From the human T2T-CHM13v2.0 reference genome, Homo sapiens, in assembly GCF_009914755.1 (NCBI RefSeq), contig NC_060928.1: a stretch of 64,000 nucleotides of DNA. The stretch is one strand, 5' to 3'. The first letter of the stretch is position 1, and each line of letters opens with the position of its first letter. Of this stretch, positions 44,038 through 57,018 are shown one piece after another. A model generated the notes under the pieces. That model worked only from the letters and a program-made list of their open reading frames with translations, did no database searches and was not told the origin of the DNA. Position numbers and translations under genes: made by a program.

Positions 44038-44619
44038 TGTCAGCTAAAAATTAACTAGACTGTCAGCTCCTGCGTCTTCTGCATCCCTCTCAGAACCTGG
44101 AAAAAAATATTTGCAGTGGTCCTGATGTCCGCAGCAGGCCTTGCTCCGATGGTTTTGCAGAGTAGCAAGTGAAGATTTCCAAAAGGCGGAAGAGCGGGAT
44201 AAGAGAAGAAAAAGAGATAGATAAGCTAGCACAGGAACAAGGCTCAGAGCAGGAAAGTTACCAGGACAGAACAGGGAGGGACTGACTGTCACAGGGCAGG
44301 GAGCAGGAGGAAAGAAGCCACTTTTCAGTGAAAGGTATTTGTAATTACAAGAAAGCCAGGTTCTTCAGGGCCCTGGAGAAACAGAAATACAATTCCCTGG
44401 CTTCTGGGGAGAGCACTTAGGGGCTCCTATATCCTCATCCCTTTGGATTTTCCCTTCTCAAACGCCAGAATTTGGAAAAGGGTGGGGAGGGTCTTTAAAT
44501 TATTTGGCACAAACTCCGAAAAAGTGGAGAGGCTGTGAGCCAGCCACCCTCCGACTAGGTTTTGTGGTGATGGTTGCTGAAATCACTTGCGCACAGGATG
44601 ACAGGAGCTGGGAACCTCA

Positions 44620-45100
44620 AGGTAGGTGAGCCTGCCAAGACGCGGGTCCGGGACTCGGCTGGGGCGCAGATGGAGCCCGCCCGGTAGGGGGTGTGCGGAG
44701 CCCTGTTTTCTGGGCTCCGGCCCCCAGCCCAGCCCAGCCGCCGCAGGAGCGCTCGGCCAGTAGGTGTCTCTGCTCCTCGGGCGGCCTTGAGCAGTGCCTA
44801 ACGTTGAGCGTGAGGCTCGTGCTCCGGGTCTCGCGGGCGGCCGCCTCGGGCGTCGAGTCCCGGAGATTGGACAGACACCAGAGCCTGGGGACCGCGGAGT
44901 GACCGGGTGGGGCTGGAGGGCGGCGCCGCGCCTTCTGGGGAGACGCGGAGGTATCAGGTAATCCCCCGGCGGCCTGCGCCAGGCAGTCATGCCCACCCGA
45001 GCCCTGGGACCTTTTTCACCTCCTCTTTCCAGGGAGGAAAGGCGGCAAGGGAGGCGCGAGGAGTTAGTTGCAGCCCTGGAGGCAGACACTGAACTCCAAG
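44620..45100 (+). promoter_or_regulatory. CpG island, putative promoter with non-coding first exon (possibly a far-upstream LRAT-locus transcript)
   Basis: Very GC/CpG-rich, NotI site 44837-44844, donor-like GAG|gtatca (44951) and CAG|gtaatc (44958). The LRAT link is from recalled gene order only. Confidence 0.75.
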
Positions 45101-46129
45101 ATAATGCCACTTGGACTCTGAAAGTGGGCTCTTCTCTACCACGCGATCCAGCTTAGCTTTTACCTTTTCTCTAGAGGTAGAGAGGGCCGGGTGCCAACTC
45201 CTTGCTCAACTTCTCACTGGAAAAGTGGCTGCCTTCCTCCGTCTCCCTCCCCTGGGCTCCGGCCAGGGGAGCAAGGCCTGCTGTGGACATGAGGAACTCC
45301 CTGCCCTGTCCTGGTAACTTTCCTATTCTGCACCTTCGCTTTGCTAGCTTGTCTACCTCCTTCTTTTCGCTAGCTTATCTACCTCCTTCTCTTCTTCGCT
45401 CTTCCTCCCACTGGAAATCTTCACTTCCTAGTCCGCAAAACCGTCCAGCGGAGGTTTGCAACAGAGTCGGCTCTTGGAATCATAGCCCTCTTAGGTTGGT
45501 GGTGGTTGTGGATTAGAGGGCAGCAGTAGGGACGATTAAAAGTAGTTTTTAATACTTAAATGGTTTAGGGCTTTCTTGTGCCTTTGTTCTGCCTAAACAT
45601 TAGTTTGATTTACTAAAATCCTCTCCTACCCCATTTCTGGCATTTGGTAAAGAAACCAAGTGAAGGTAATCAGGCCTCGGGTATTTATGTATGTAGAAAT
45701 CATCTAGCAAAATAGAACGAATAGATCATTTCTTTTGAGGGGCCGTAAACTTTTTTGTATGTTGAAGTGTGTTTTGATACTTGGGTGTTCCCTTGTTGCT
45801 GTGGCTGCCTGTTTCATTTGATTTGAGGGCCTTTGAGCATTGTCTGTCATTGACATTCTACTACTGAAGTTTATTCCTTTTGTTTAAAGTCTTAATATTC
45901 TTTTCCAGTCCCCCTAATGAATCACGGTTACCATGAGAAGGATGACCTCATGTTATTGAAGAAAAGTCCTGGTCTGAGATTCAGGAAACAAGATTCAGAT
46001 GGCTTGTGTCCAGTGTTTAGTTCTGGACCCATTTCTGGGGCTAAGTGGCTATGTGATTTTGGTTGTTCAATTTATTTAACTTCTCAGAACCTTGGTTTTC
46101 TCATTTCAGGGAATCTGGGACCAATAACC

Positions 46130-47670
46130 CCCATCCATTGTTATATGACTGCTAAATTCAGTCTTCAATTCTTGGCTGTCTTCTTCCTTGATTACCAGTG
46201 GCATTTAACCAAAGTGATCATTGTCTCCTTGAAATACTTTCTACTTGAAGTCTCATGAGGTCTTCCTCCTTCCTCCTTGCCCACTACTTCTCAGTCTCCT
46301 TGACTGGTTCCTCCTCAACCCTAAAAGCTAAAGTTTGATGTGTACTAGGCCTCTTCTCTGACTCCATCCTCTCTAAGTGCTCTCCATCTATGACATTTAA
46401 CATCACCATCTTGGAAGAATCCCACACTTATGCCTCCAACATGGACTTGTCCTCCTCTAAAATCCATACTCAGGTATCCAGCTGCCTTCTTGACATCTTC
46501 ATAGGCATCTCAAAAGTAACATGTTCAAAACAGAACTCCTGATCTTTACCCCAAATCTGATTCTTCCCAAGTCTTGTTCACCTCATTAAATGGAATCCCT
46601 ATCTTTCCATGCTCGAGCCAAAATCTTTGCAGTCAAACTTGATGTCTACCATCAGCCTAGTCCACACCTGCATCTCTCTAGTTGATCTATATCAATAGCC
46701 TCTGATCTAGTCATCCTAGTTGCTCTCTTGCACTCCCAAAGTTTTTTTTCTGCACACAGCTGCAAGAGTACCTATGCAGGAGAATCATATCCCTCATTGG
46801 ATGAAAACTTCCCAATGGTTTATCTCATTTAGAGATCTACAAAACTGATTTAGTTTCCTCTTCTTTTCTGGTCTTATCTATTTCTACTCTCCCTTTTGCT
46901 CACCAACACTGCAGGCACGTTGGTTTCCCAGTTATGACTACAATATGCCAAGCACATCCCTGTCTTGGGAACTTTGCACATACTTGCCCCTCGGTGTGGA
47001 ACACTCTTTCCCCAGACAGTGCATGGCAAGCACTTCACTTCCTTCAGGTCTCTACTCATTCAAATATTATCATATCAAAGACGCTGTCCCCTGACCACTC
47101 TACATCCAGTAGCCACAATTCTATGGGATTCCTCTTGGTATTATTCTTTTAACTGAGACAGGGTCTTGCTTTGTCACCCAGGCTGGAGTGCAATAGCATG
47201 AACATAGTTCAAGGCAGCCTCAAACTCCTGTCTAAAGCAATCCTCCTGCCTCAGTCTCCCAAGTAGCTGGGACTACAGGTGTGTGCCACCACATTTGGCT
47301 AATGTTAAGATTTTTTTTCTTTTCTTTCCTTTTTTTTCTGGGTAGAGATTTTGTCTTGCTCTGTTGCTCAGGCTGGTCTCAACCTCCTGGGCTCAAGTGA
47401 TCCTCTCACTTGGCCTCTGAAACTATTGGAATTACAGGTGTGGGAGACACTGTGCCCAGCCTTCTTGGTACTTCCTAACCCCTTACCTGGCTTTAGTTTT
47501 CTCCACAGTACTTGACAGCTGACAAATATTTTGTTGTTTCTTTTCCTACCTATACTCCAGAAAGTGAACTCCAAAGAGGGCAGAGATTGTGTCCATTTTG
47601 ATCACTGCATTGTCTCCAGTGCCTAGAACAGAGATTGGTATGCAAGATTACCAATGTATCTTTACTGAAT
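46130..47670 (+). mobile_element. Degenerate LINE-2 interrupted by an Alu
   Basis: CATCTCAAAAGTAACATGTTCAAAACAGAACTCCTGATC and CCAGTGCCTAGAACAG motifs; boundaries approximate. Confidence 0.65.
47153..47460 (-). mobile_element. Alu (AluJ-like)
   Basis: Alu consensus motifs. Confidence 0.88.
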
Positions 47671-50600
47671 AAATTATATTCATGATATTTATACCATAGG
47701 GCTAAAGTGAAGATCACATTGTGAGGCCAGTTTGTATACTGGAAAAAACCTTGGCTTTACAATTAGTGAAACCTGGTTTCCAATCATGGTTGCACACTCA
47801 CTGGTAATGTGAACTTCTCAGAAGGTCCATTTTCCACACTTGTGTGATGGGTATAATATAATATCTTGAAGGTTTATTTTAGGCATAAGGTGTAACAAAA
47901 ATGCTCATAAAGGACTCAGCTATGAGGAGGCTAGAAAATGAGCAGTTTTGAGAATATATGTGTGAATCTATTTTGTAAGCTCTAAAGCCACATTTATACA
48001 TATAGAGCTAATATTACTGGGGACAGTTGTGTGAATTGTACTGTGCAAAGCATTTCAGGGTGAATGGTTTCAGTGCTTGTAGCATACTGAAAATTAGAAA
48101 ATGAATAATGGCTGGGATCTATACCTATATTTACACATTCTAATGGAATTGAATGTCTGACTTCCTATTATTTCTGCATAATTTTCCCAATAACCTGTAG
48201 TTCTGCTGTGCCTGAGAAGGCAATACATTATCTTATTGTATCTTATCTTATTATCTCAATCTGTCAAAAAAACATGTGCACAAATTCAGCCACTTAACAT
48301 ACTCACATGAAACCCAAGTAATTAGCTGGTGACAAGCTGCCAGTCAGCACTTCCTCAGCATGGTCCTGCTAGATGAGTACTGACTGGTTTATTTTAGTTC
48401 AGCACACATTGCTAGGTTTTGAGGATTCAAAGGGAAATATAGTATGTCCTTATTTTCAGGGTACTCATAGTCTCTTGCTATAGTCTAGCCTAGCTTTACA
48501 AGGGGTATACAATTCAGGCTCTTTGAGGACAGGAAGGAGGTCAGCTAGTATATAGGTCTGTAAGAGCTTTTAACTGCCACAGTTTGAAGACAGCAGGAAG
48601 GCAGACAGATGCTATGCTGATTCCCCTTTTCATCTTGAGTTTTTCCACAAAAACTTCAAGGTATAGGCCATATTCTTTAGACTATGAGTTAGATTTGAAG
48701 CCTTAGGACACAAAGAGTTGTGAGTTGAGGGTCCCTGAAATCCAGGTTCAGTTCTGTATTCTTGTTTGTTGAAGTTTAAGAATCACAGACTACAGGACTC
48801 TTAGGTAAATGCGGACAGCTTCAGAACCCAAGTCATCTTGTCTTGGTTGTGATGTACCCTTTCCCTGGTTTGCAGTCCCTTCCCCAATGACCACACGGGC
48901 TCAGAACAGGACTTAAAGAACTCAGATACATTGCTGAACTATCTGTGTCCACCTGCCCCCCAAACCCTTCTCACCTGCTGCCTCCCCAGCAGCCCCATCT
49001 CCCCAAATAAGGTTGTGCTTCTTCCAGATGTGGAGGTTAAGGAGAAAATGCTGCAAGGTCACCAGAAGATGATCCCCACATATGAGGGCTCAACCAGGGT
49101 AGAGTTGTTCTAGATCTGGACAGCAGAACAGCTTGCTTCACCGTGAGACAGTGCACTTCAAGTTAAAAGAAATTCTTCAATGAAGAAGTTGGCTGTGGCC
49201 AGTAAATGCCTTCATTTCCCTATCAAGTAAAATAGCCTTGTAAGCACTCTCAGAACAGGGACCAGGATTTATTCATCCTTGCCTGGCACAGTATTGATCA
49301 ACTGTACATGGTTTTATTCTCTAGGAATATTCATTGCCTCACATTTATTCATCAGGAATTCTGATACAACTACATAATGTGAAATACGTAGACATTGTTT
49401 TGGCCTCACATTTACTTGGCAATAAATATTTCTTGAGCACTGTGCTAGATCTTGGGAGTACAAACCAGAATACGACCTATTTCCTGAACCCAGGATACTG
49501 TTCTTGGTGTATTTTTATTTCCAGATTTATACCAAAATTAACACATTTTTTACCTTTTGAAAATCCGTGGCTGGTATAAATATAAACCATAGAGAAATAC
49601 TTTAAGATGATTACTTCTGTTATCTTCTCATCTGTATTTACTTTTTTAAAACTCTGATGAACACAGCACATAAGCACATTCGTTCATTGAATTCTTTAGT
49701 AACCTTCAACTCCACAGTTGGAGTGAGACAGAGTCCAGCTGAGCTCCCCAGGGCTCCATCCCTTGTAGAGAATGACTTCCTTTAGGGAGGGCATAGTGCA
49801 GCCCTTGGGAGAGGGTTGTCTAGCTAGACCTCTGCTGCTGCTGTATCCTTGAACCTTAATGGCTTGGCTTTGGACTGCTTGCCGATTCTTGTACACTGAA
49901 GGGAAGGAAGGAAGACTGACAGCCCATTTGACTGCTTTTTGAGTTTTCCACTGTGTCTTCAATTTATTCAAATGCCTTTCCTGAAGAAAGCAAATTTCAT
50001 GGACCACTCCATTTGCTTCTGGACTATTGAGACACTGGCAGATATGATTTAAGAATCTGAACATGGAAACATTTAAAAATACATGACACTAATTTGCAGT
50101 GCAGTTTACATCTTCGTCTCGGATTTTACATTGTCTCTGGAACCTATAGCAGTCATTTGAATTATCCATCATTCACAAAGCCAGCTTTGTCTGATTTTTG
50201 TGGCATCCATTTGTTCTTGTCTTTCTTTTCTTCCTTTCCACAATATTCCCACGATCATTAACACAACTGCTTGTTGTGCCCTGTTTGAATTTTGCATTTG
50301 TATCCCTGTTACTAAACATCTCAATGTCAAATCCCAAAGTGAGATTTTTCTTCCTTCGCTGAAACCTTTGATGAAAAGTTACTGTTTTGTGTGCAGTTTG
50401 TAGAATTGCTTAATTGGAGATTGTCAGAGTTTCACTGGAGGGTATTGCATCTCATTTTGAAATAGTTGCTGTTGATTTTTCTGAGCTCAAGTGCTCTAAA
50501 AACAGGCGAGCTGCGTTTAAGTTATCATTATTATCCATGATAAATAATGTATAATTAATTATGGGACCATTTATCTTTCAGTATTTCCCTTCTTATATCT

Positions 50601-51815
50601 TAATGGTTTTCCATACGCATATTACATAATGTCTGAGTTTACTCTTTTATGATTGTAAAAGCCATCCAGCTTATAGGGTATTGCAGTTACATTATACAGA
50701 AAAAAATGTGTAAATGTATATTTCAATAATTAAAAAATACTTTTAATGCTGCATTTATTTTATGTATTTCCATAAGACTGCTATGCCAACGCCTCTGACC
50801 TAGTGGGAAATATTTCCATCTTTGGTAGATCTTTACCTAAAATCTTTATGGTAGGTTTTAGGAATTCCAACTGAATTTCAAAATAAAAGATTCTATGGTA
50901 GTTAATAAGAAATTAGAGACAAGGAATCCTGGAGTATGCCATGAGAGCTTACAAAAAGTGAGAGATATGAAATGAAGAAACTTTAAGGTGAAGAGCTGTT
51001 TTAAAATGTGCTTTCCTATTCATTCAGCCATTATTCAGCCAACATTTGCTAAGTGCTCATCAGGTACAGTCAAAGAGACTAGGGACACACACACATCAAG
51101 ACAAAGCTCCTACCTTTAAAAATACTGTTTTAGAAGAAAACGCTGTCTTGTGATGGTACTTTTTCTTTAGGCTTTTATAGCTCTTTTTTTGTACTCTTGG
51201 CACTGCCTTTGCATAACATTTTTAAATAAGGAAGTAACTTGAAGAAAACCAGTTATTTTAGGATTATGGAAAACTAGGGGCTTGGTAACAGCAAATCTTT
51301 CCTTTGAGGATGCTACTGACCCCTCATGTTTACATCATTTGTCAATAAGCAGGATCAATTTTTGCCTTAATTATGAGCTTGGAATAGCAAAGACAATTGT
51401 ACATTGGATAAAGGAAATATATAATTTGTTTTAAAATGAGACCTTTGCCATTGGAAGGAAATAATTCCTGGAGATCACTGGGAATTGGGAAATCTGCTAC
51501 CACTGCTATATTTTCCTTACTTGTCTGTTACCATATAATAATTTACTTTTAGTCAGCATAATTAAGTATATGGATTACCACTCTAATATGCCAATGGTTG
51601 AAATGTAAAGTACAGTGACAACTCATTGAGATAGAGAGGGTTGGCAGGAAATACCCCAAATGAATAAAAATATATCTACAACTTCTATATTTGGATAATG
51701 TACTGTAAAATAATATTTTACTCATACATTTTTTCAACTTTGATTAATTCATTGTTAAATTTAAATTTTAAAAAGTAAAATATACTTTGTGTTTTTCTTC
51801 CAGTTCCTCAGCTTC

Positions 51816-52190
51816 TGATGTGGTTTGGCTTTGTGTCCCCAACCAAATGGCATCTTGAATTATAATCCCCACGTGTGTCCAGGAAGGGACCTGGTGGGAG
51901 GTGATTGGATCACCTGGGTGATTTCTCCCATACTGTTCTCTTGATAGTGAGGGAGTTCTCACGAGATCTGGTTGTTTGATAGGTGTCTGGTGTTTCCCCC
52001 TTCTCTCCTTCTGTCTCTCTCCTCCCACCATGTAAGACATGTCTTGCTTCCTCTTTGCCTTCCACCATGATTGTAAGTTTCTTGAGGCCTCTCCAGCCAT
52101 GTGGAACTGGGAGTCAGTTAAACCTCCTTTGGTTATAAATTACCCAATCTCACATAGCATCTTTACAGCAGTGTGAAAACGGCTAAGACA
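51816..52190 (+). mobile_element. MaLR solo LTR (THE1/MST-type)
   Basis: TGATGTGGTTTGGCTTTGTGTCCCC...GCAGTGTGAAAACGGCTAAGACA; 5-bp TSD GCTTC/GCTAC. Confidence 0.9.
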
Positions 52191-52217
52191 GCTACTGTAT
52201 GGAAAGAAGCTAGATTC

Positions 52218-52369
52218 TTTTCTTTTCTTTTTTTGAGACAGAATCTTGCTCTGTCACTCAAGCTGGAGTGCACTGGTGCTATCTCAGCTCACTGCAGCCT
52301 CTGCCTCCCAGGTGATCCTCCCACCTCAGCCACCTGAGTAGCTGGGACTACAAGTGCACTACCACACCT

Positions 52370-52463
<94 letters not shown>

Positions 52464-52537
52464 GAGACAGATTCTTCCTATATTTCCCCAGGCTGGTTTC
52501 TAACTCCTGGGCTCAAGAAATCTGCCTGCCTTGGCCA
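52218..52537 (-). mobile_element. Alu whose mid A-rich linker has expanded into (TA)n(T)n
   Basis: Alu arms flank (AT)~27 and T~35 at 52373-52460. Confidence 0.85.
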
Positions 52538-53573
52538 GCCTATTTGATTTTTTATTATCTCTCAGAGATAAACTATGTTCCTGCTAACTGCTACAAAAGT
52601 AAAATCGCCTATAAGTTAACTATTGTAGTCACCTTAATAGCCCCCTAGCCTTACCTCTAAGGCTAGACCTTGAAGACAATAACTTAAAGGCTAATTATAC
52701 AATGAGGTGTTTATGTAAGTGATTTATTGTAAAACTTTAAAAATGTTAGGTGCTATTGTTGTTAGAAAAAAGGTAAGTAGTTTGGTTATTTACCATCTTT
52801 ATGTCAGAATATCTTAAGGAAATATAGCTAATTATAGAACTTTTGTTCACAGAGATGGATACGGTAGCCTTATTTATAACACACACACACAAAAGGAAAG
52901 ACCTAAATGCTTAACAATAAGGAAATGGTTAAATAAATGAGGAGAGAGTCAGGCAATAAAATCTTACATAGCCATTAAAATTTTATTTATGGAAAACCTT
53001 ATTACCATGGAGAACTGCTTATGCTGTCATATATTGTACCTGATAAATGTCTTAGTCTTAATTTTGAAATATTTCAGTTGCTACAGATGGATTAAATTTT
53101 CTTATTTTAATATTTAAGGCCTAGAGATTGGCCTGAGGCATGGAATATCCCAGCAGAAATTCCATTTAGACAAGAGAACCATTCAAATTATTTAGCTTGT
53201 TAGAGAATATGTAAGTATTATTATAGCTATAGCATCAACTTTGTGATTTTTAGTTTATGTAAGAAGCTGCTTTGATTTGGTGAAATTAATTTAAAAAGTC
53301 CTCATCATAACATACCTAGATTAATTATCTAGTCTGTGCTTTAAAGGGCAGTTTGTTCACAAAGGAGGTACTTTTGAATAGCTACATCACCTACAGTAAC
53401 TCTTACTCCAATCTACCCTTTTGGTTTTCTGTATCTGTTTCTATAATCTATTAACTAAATATTAAATCACTGGTTTCTCTAAGGAATAGTGTAGACTTTT
53501 GGTAATGAATGTTCAGGGCATGTAAAATGTTGGTAACTTTAGGTTTTAGTGAAACTTTGGAGTTAAAACTGCG

Positions 53574-53838
<265 letters not shown>

Positions 53839-54277
53839 CTAATAGATCACAAAAGAGAAGTGGTTACTTTGTTTAGTTCCTTTAAAGCCCAATTTTTTCA
53901 CTTTGGTGGTAATGAAAGTTTAGTGCATCTTGAACATAATACCAGATCTTTCCATCAATTGATTATATTTCAAATTCACATAGGATTAGTTCATATCAAA
54001 CAACATAAATATTACAATTTCTTAATGTTCATTATGGCCTTGGAAACATTAAAAGGTTGACTAGTCTGCATTATTGCCTTTGATAGCCAAATATATTTTA
54101 TAGTGAATAATACATTTCTTTTTATATTTTAGGACCTGGGCTATGCTCCTGATTTTATACAGACTGCCATGGCTCCAGATATAAAAGACCAAATAAAAAG
54201 GTAATTTGAAAACTATTTTTCATATGGATTATCTTAATTTTTTGTATTCAGTAGAATGTCAGATTTTAAGATAGAAT

Positions 54278-54278
<1 letters not shown>

Positions 54279-54312
<34 letters not shown>
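54279..54312. repeat. (CA)n microsatellite
   Basis: Direct reading. Confidence 0.9.
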
Positions 54313-54314
<2 letters not shown>

Positions 54315-54384
54315 AGTAAAACTGTTTGACTTACATAGTCACAAAAAGTAAATAACTTGATGAACCTTTAAAAGGCCTTTAATA

Positions 54385-54825
54385 GACACATGCACACATA
54401 TGTTTATTGCAGCACTGTTTACAATGGCAAAGTCATGGAACCAACCCAAATGCCCATCAATAATAGACTGGATAAAGAAAACGTGGTATGTATATACCAT
54501 GGAATACTATGCAGCCATAAAAAAGAATGAGTTCATGTCCTTTGTGGGGACATGGATGAAGCTCGAAGGCATCATCCTCAGCAAACTAACACAGGAACAG
54601 AAAACCAAACACTGCATGTTCTCGCTCATAGGTGGGAGTTGAACAATGAGAACACATGGACACGGAGGGGAACAACACACACCAGGGCCTGTTGTGGGGT
54701 AGGGGAAAAGGAGAGGGAACTTAGAGGTCGTGTCAATAGGTGCAGCAAACCACCATGGCACAGGTATACCTATGTGACAAACCTGCATGTTCTGCACATG
54801 GATCCTGGAGCTTAAAGTAAAATTT
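54385..54825 (+). mobile_element. L1PA 3' fragment (ORF2 C-terminus and 3'UTR)
   Basis: ORF 54400-54642 MFIAALFTMAKSWNQPKCPS...HCMFSLIGGS matches the L1 ORF2p C-terminus. Confidence 0.93.
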
Positions 54826-54847
54826 TTTTTTAAAAAAGGGCTTTATT

Positions 54848-55197
<350 letters not shown>

Positions 55198-56177
55198 TTA
55201 TGTGAAAGAATTTTTAGAAATACAAAGCCACTTTTAATGCCCCAGCATTTTGGGGGATGATTTCCAGTTGGAGAAAGTTAGAACTGAACTGTTTGCTCTC
55301 TGGCACTCTGGATATCCTGTGACTCAGGACGAATCATTTTATGATGACTCCCGGGAGTTAGTGTGAAACTTGAGGCTATGAAACCAATCAAAGCAGCTTC
55401 CCAAACTAGAACCAAATCCAGGACTCTGGCCTCATTATCACAGTGGTTTGATTTATTGAGCTAATGAAGAAAGTCTTTTGTAATTGAGTACTGAATATCA
55501 TATGGTGTTACTGAATATCTCCTTTTGAAGTACTGAAAATGTACTTCTGCTTAAGAAGGATCAATTCCTTAGAACGTGCTGTTGTTTTAGATCTACATGA
55601 GGAGCTTTGAATAATTAACAGTCTGGATGTTGTTGCTATGTACGACTTAGTTTTATTAATGACACATTTCAGAATGCACCATAGAGTTGGAAGGGCTGTC
55701 TTTAAAATACCGTTATCATCCAGGAGGGGGAGGTATATCTTCTTTTAAGAAGTCAATTGCCCAGAAAAAAGAATAAAACTAGTTATACTATCTTGCAAAA
55801 AAAGAAAGCAAAGCTTCATTTGAAAAAGTAAATTTTGTCAAATTTGCAAAACTTCTTATAAAATCACCAGAATTGTTGCTAAATTTTCTATTTGTATACT
55901 ATCTTTCACTTTTTTTTTTCTATTTGTATACTATCTTCACTGAGATGTGAGGAAACCCTCACATGTCAGTTAATCCACATTTATACTGCTCTTGCTATGT
56001 ATGTATGTGCCAAATATAGAGCTGGACATCACAGGGCACAAGCAGTGTTCAAGTCACCAGTGCCTCATAGATGAGAGGGTGGAAATAGGAACAGGTTAGG
56101 GGGAGGAAATTATATTCAATAAAGGTACCTGTTGAAACTATTATTGGGAAGTATTTCTGTAAACAGGGTGAGAATGG

Positions 56178-56600
56178 TGTCAACCTAAATTGAGCAACAG
56201 GGATTAATTCTCAAGCTTATTAGGGAATAGCAAGGAACTGCAATCAACATAATACATAATACATGCCTGCTATGGAGGACCATAAGGGTATCCGAGGGAG
56301 TTGGGAAAAAAAGGAAGCTTTTAAAGGCAAAAAGATATCCATGTACCTGTTTTGAAATAAAGACCACTGGCTACAGGTCTTTTTACATGCAGTGGCATTT
56401 GCTCATTGGTGGTACTGGCTGTTGGTAGGAGAGAGTTTTCATAGAAGTGGCTTAACTGGAAATTTCCAGTTGAGGAAGTCATTTCTGGCAGTTCCTGGTG
56501 CAGGCACACATGTGTGAGGGCCCTTCCTTCATGGCCTCCCACTGCATTTTGTTAGGGTTTGACATAAGTGACTCCGTTTTGGGTACTGACAATTTTCACA
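56178..56600 (-). mobile_element. ERV LTR relic (MER67-like)
   Basis: Minus strand begins TGTGAAAATTGTCAG...AAAACGGAGTCAC and ends TTTAGGTTGACA. Confidence 0.55.
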
Positions 56601-56730
56601 GGAGTTCTATTCAATAGAAGTAACAGTAAGAAGGTTGAGAATGGATATAAAGGAGAGTAGGATTGAGCTTTAGGGAACCCCTGGAGAGAGGAGAAATGGT
56701 AGCAGCTAAGGAGATAACAAATGGGAGAGG

Positions 56731-57018
56731 ATACCAGGTGCGGTGGCTCGTGCCTGTAATCCCAACACTTTGCGGGTTGGAGGCAGGCTGATTGCTTGAG
56801 CCTAGGAGTTCAAGACTAGCCTGGGCAACATAGCAAGACACCTTCTCTACCAAAAATGCAAAACTTAGCTGGAACCATGGTGCATGCCTATAGTCCCAGC
56901 TGCTAGAGAGGCTGAGGCGGGAGGATCGCTTGAGTCCAGGAGTTTGAGGCTTCATTGAGCTAGGATTGCATCACTGCACTCCAGCCTGGGTAACAGAGCA
57001 AGACTTTGTCTCTTAAAA
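56731..57018 (+). mobile_element. Alu (AluJ-like)
   Basis: Alu consensus motifs. Confidence 0.88.

Noticed and set aside
44583-45110. 175-aa Arg/Pro-rich ORF
   Set aside because: Expected in stop-poor CpG-island DNA; no recognisable domain.
54400-54815. Three overlapping ORFs
   Set aside because: L1 ORF2 tail and 3'UTR remnants, not host genes.
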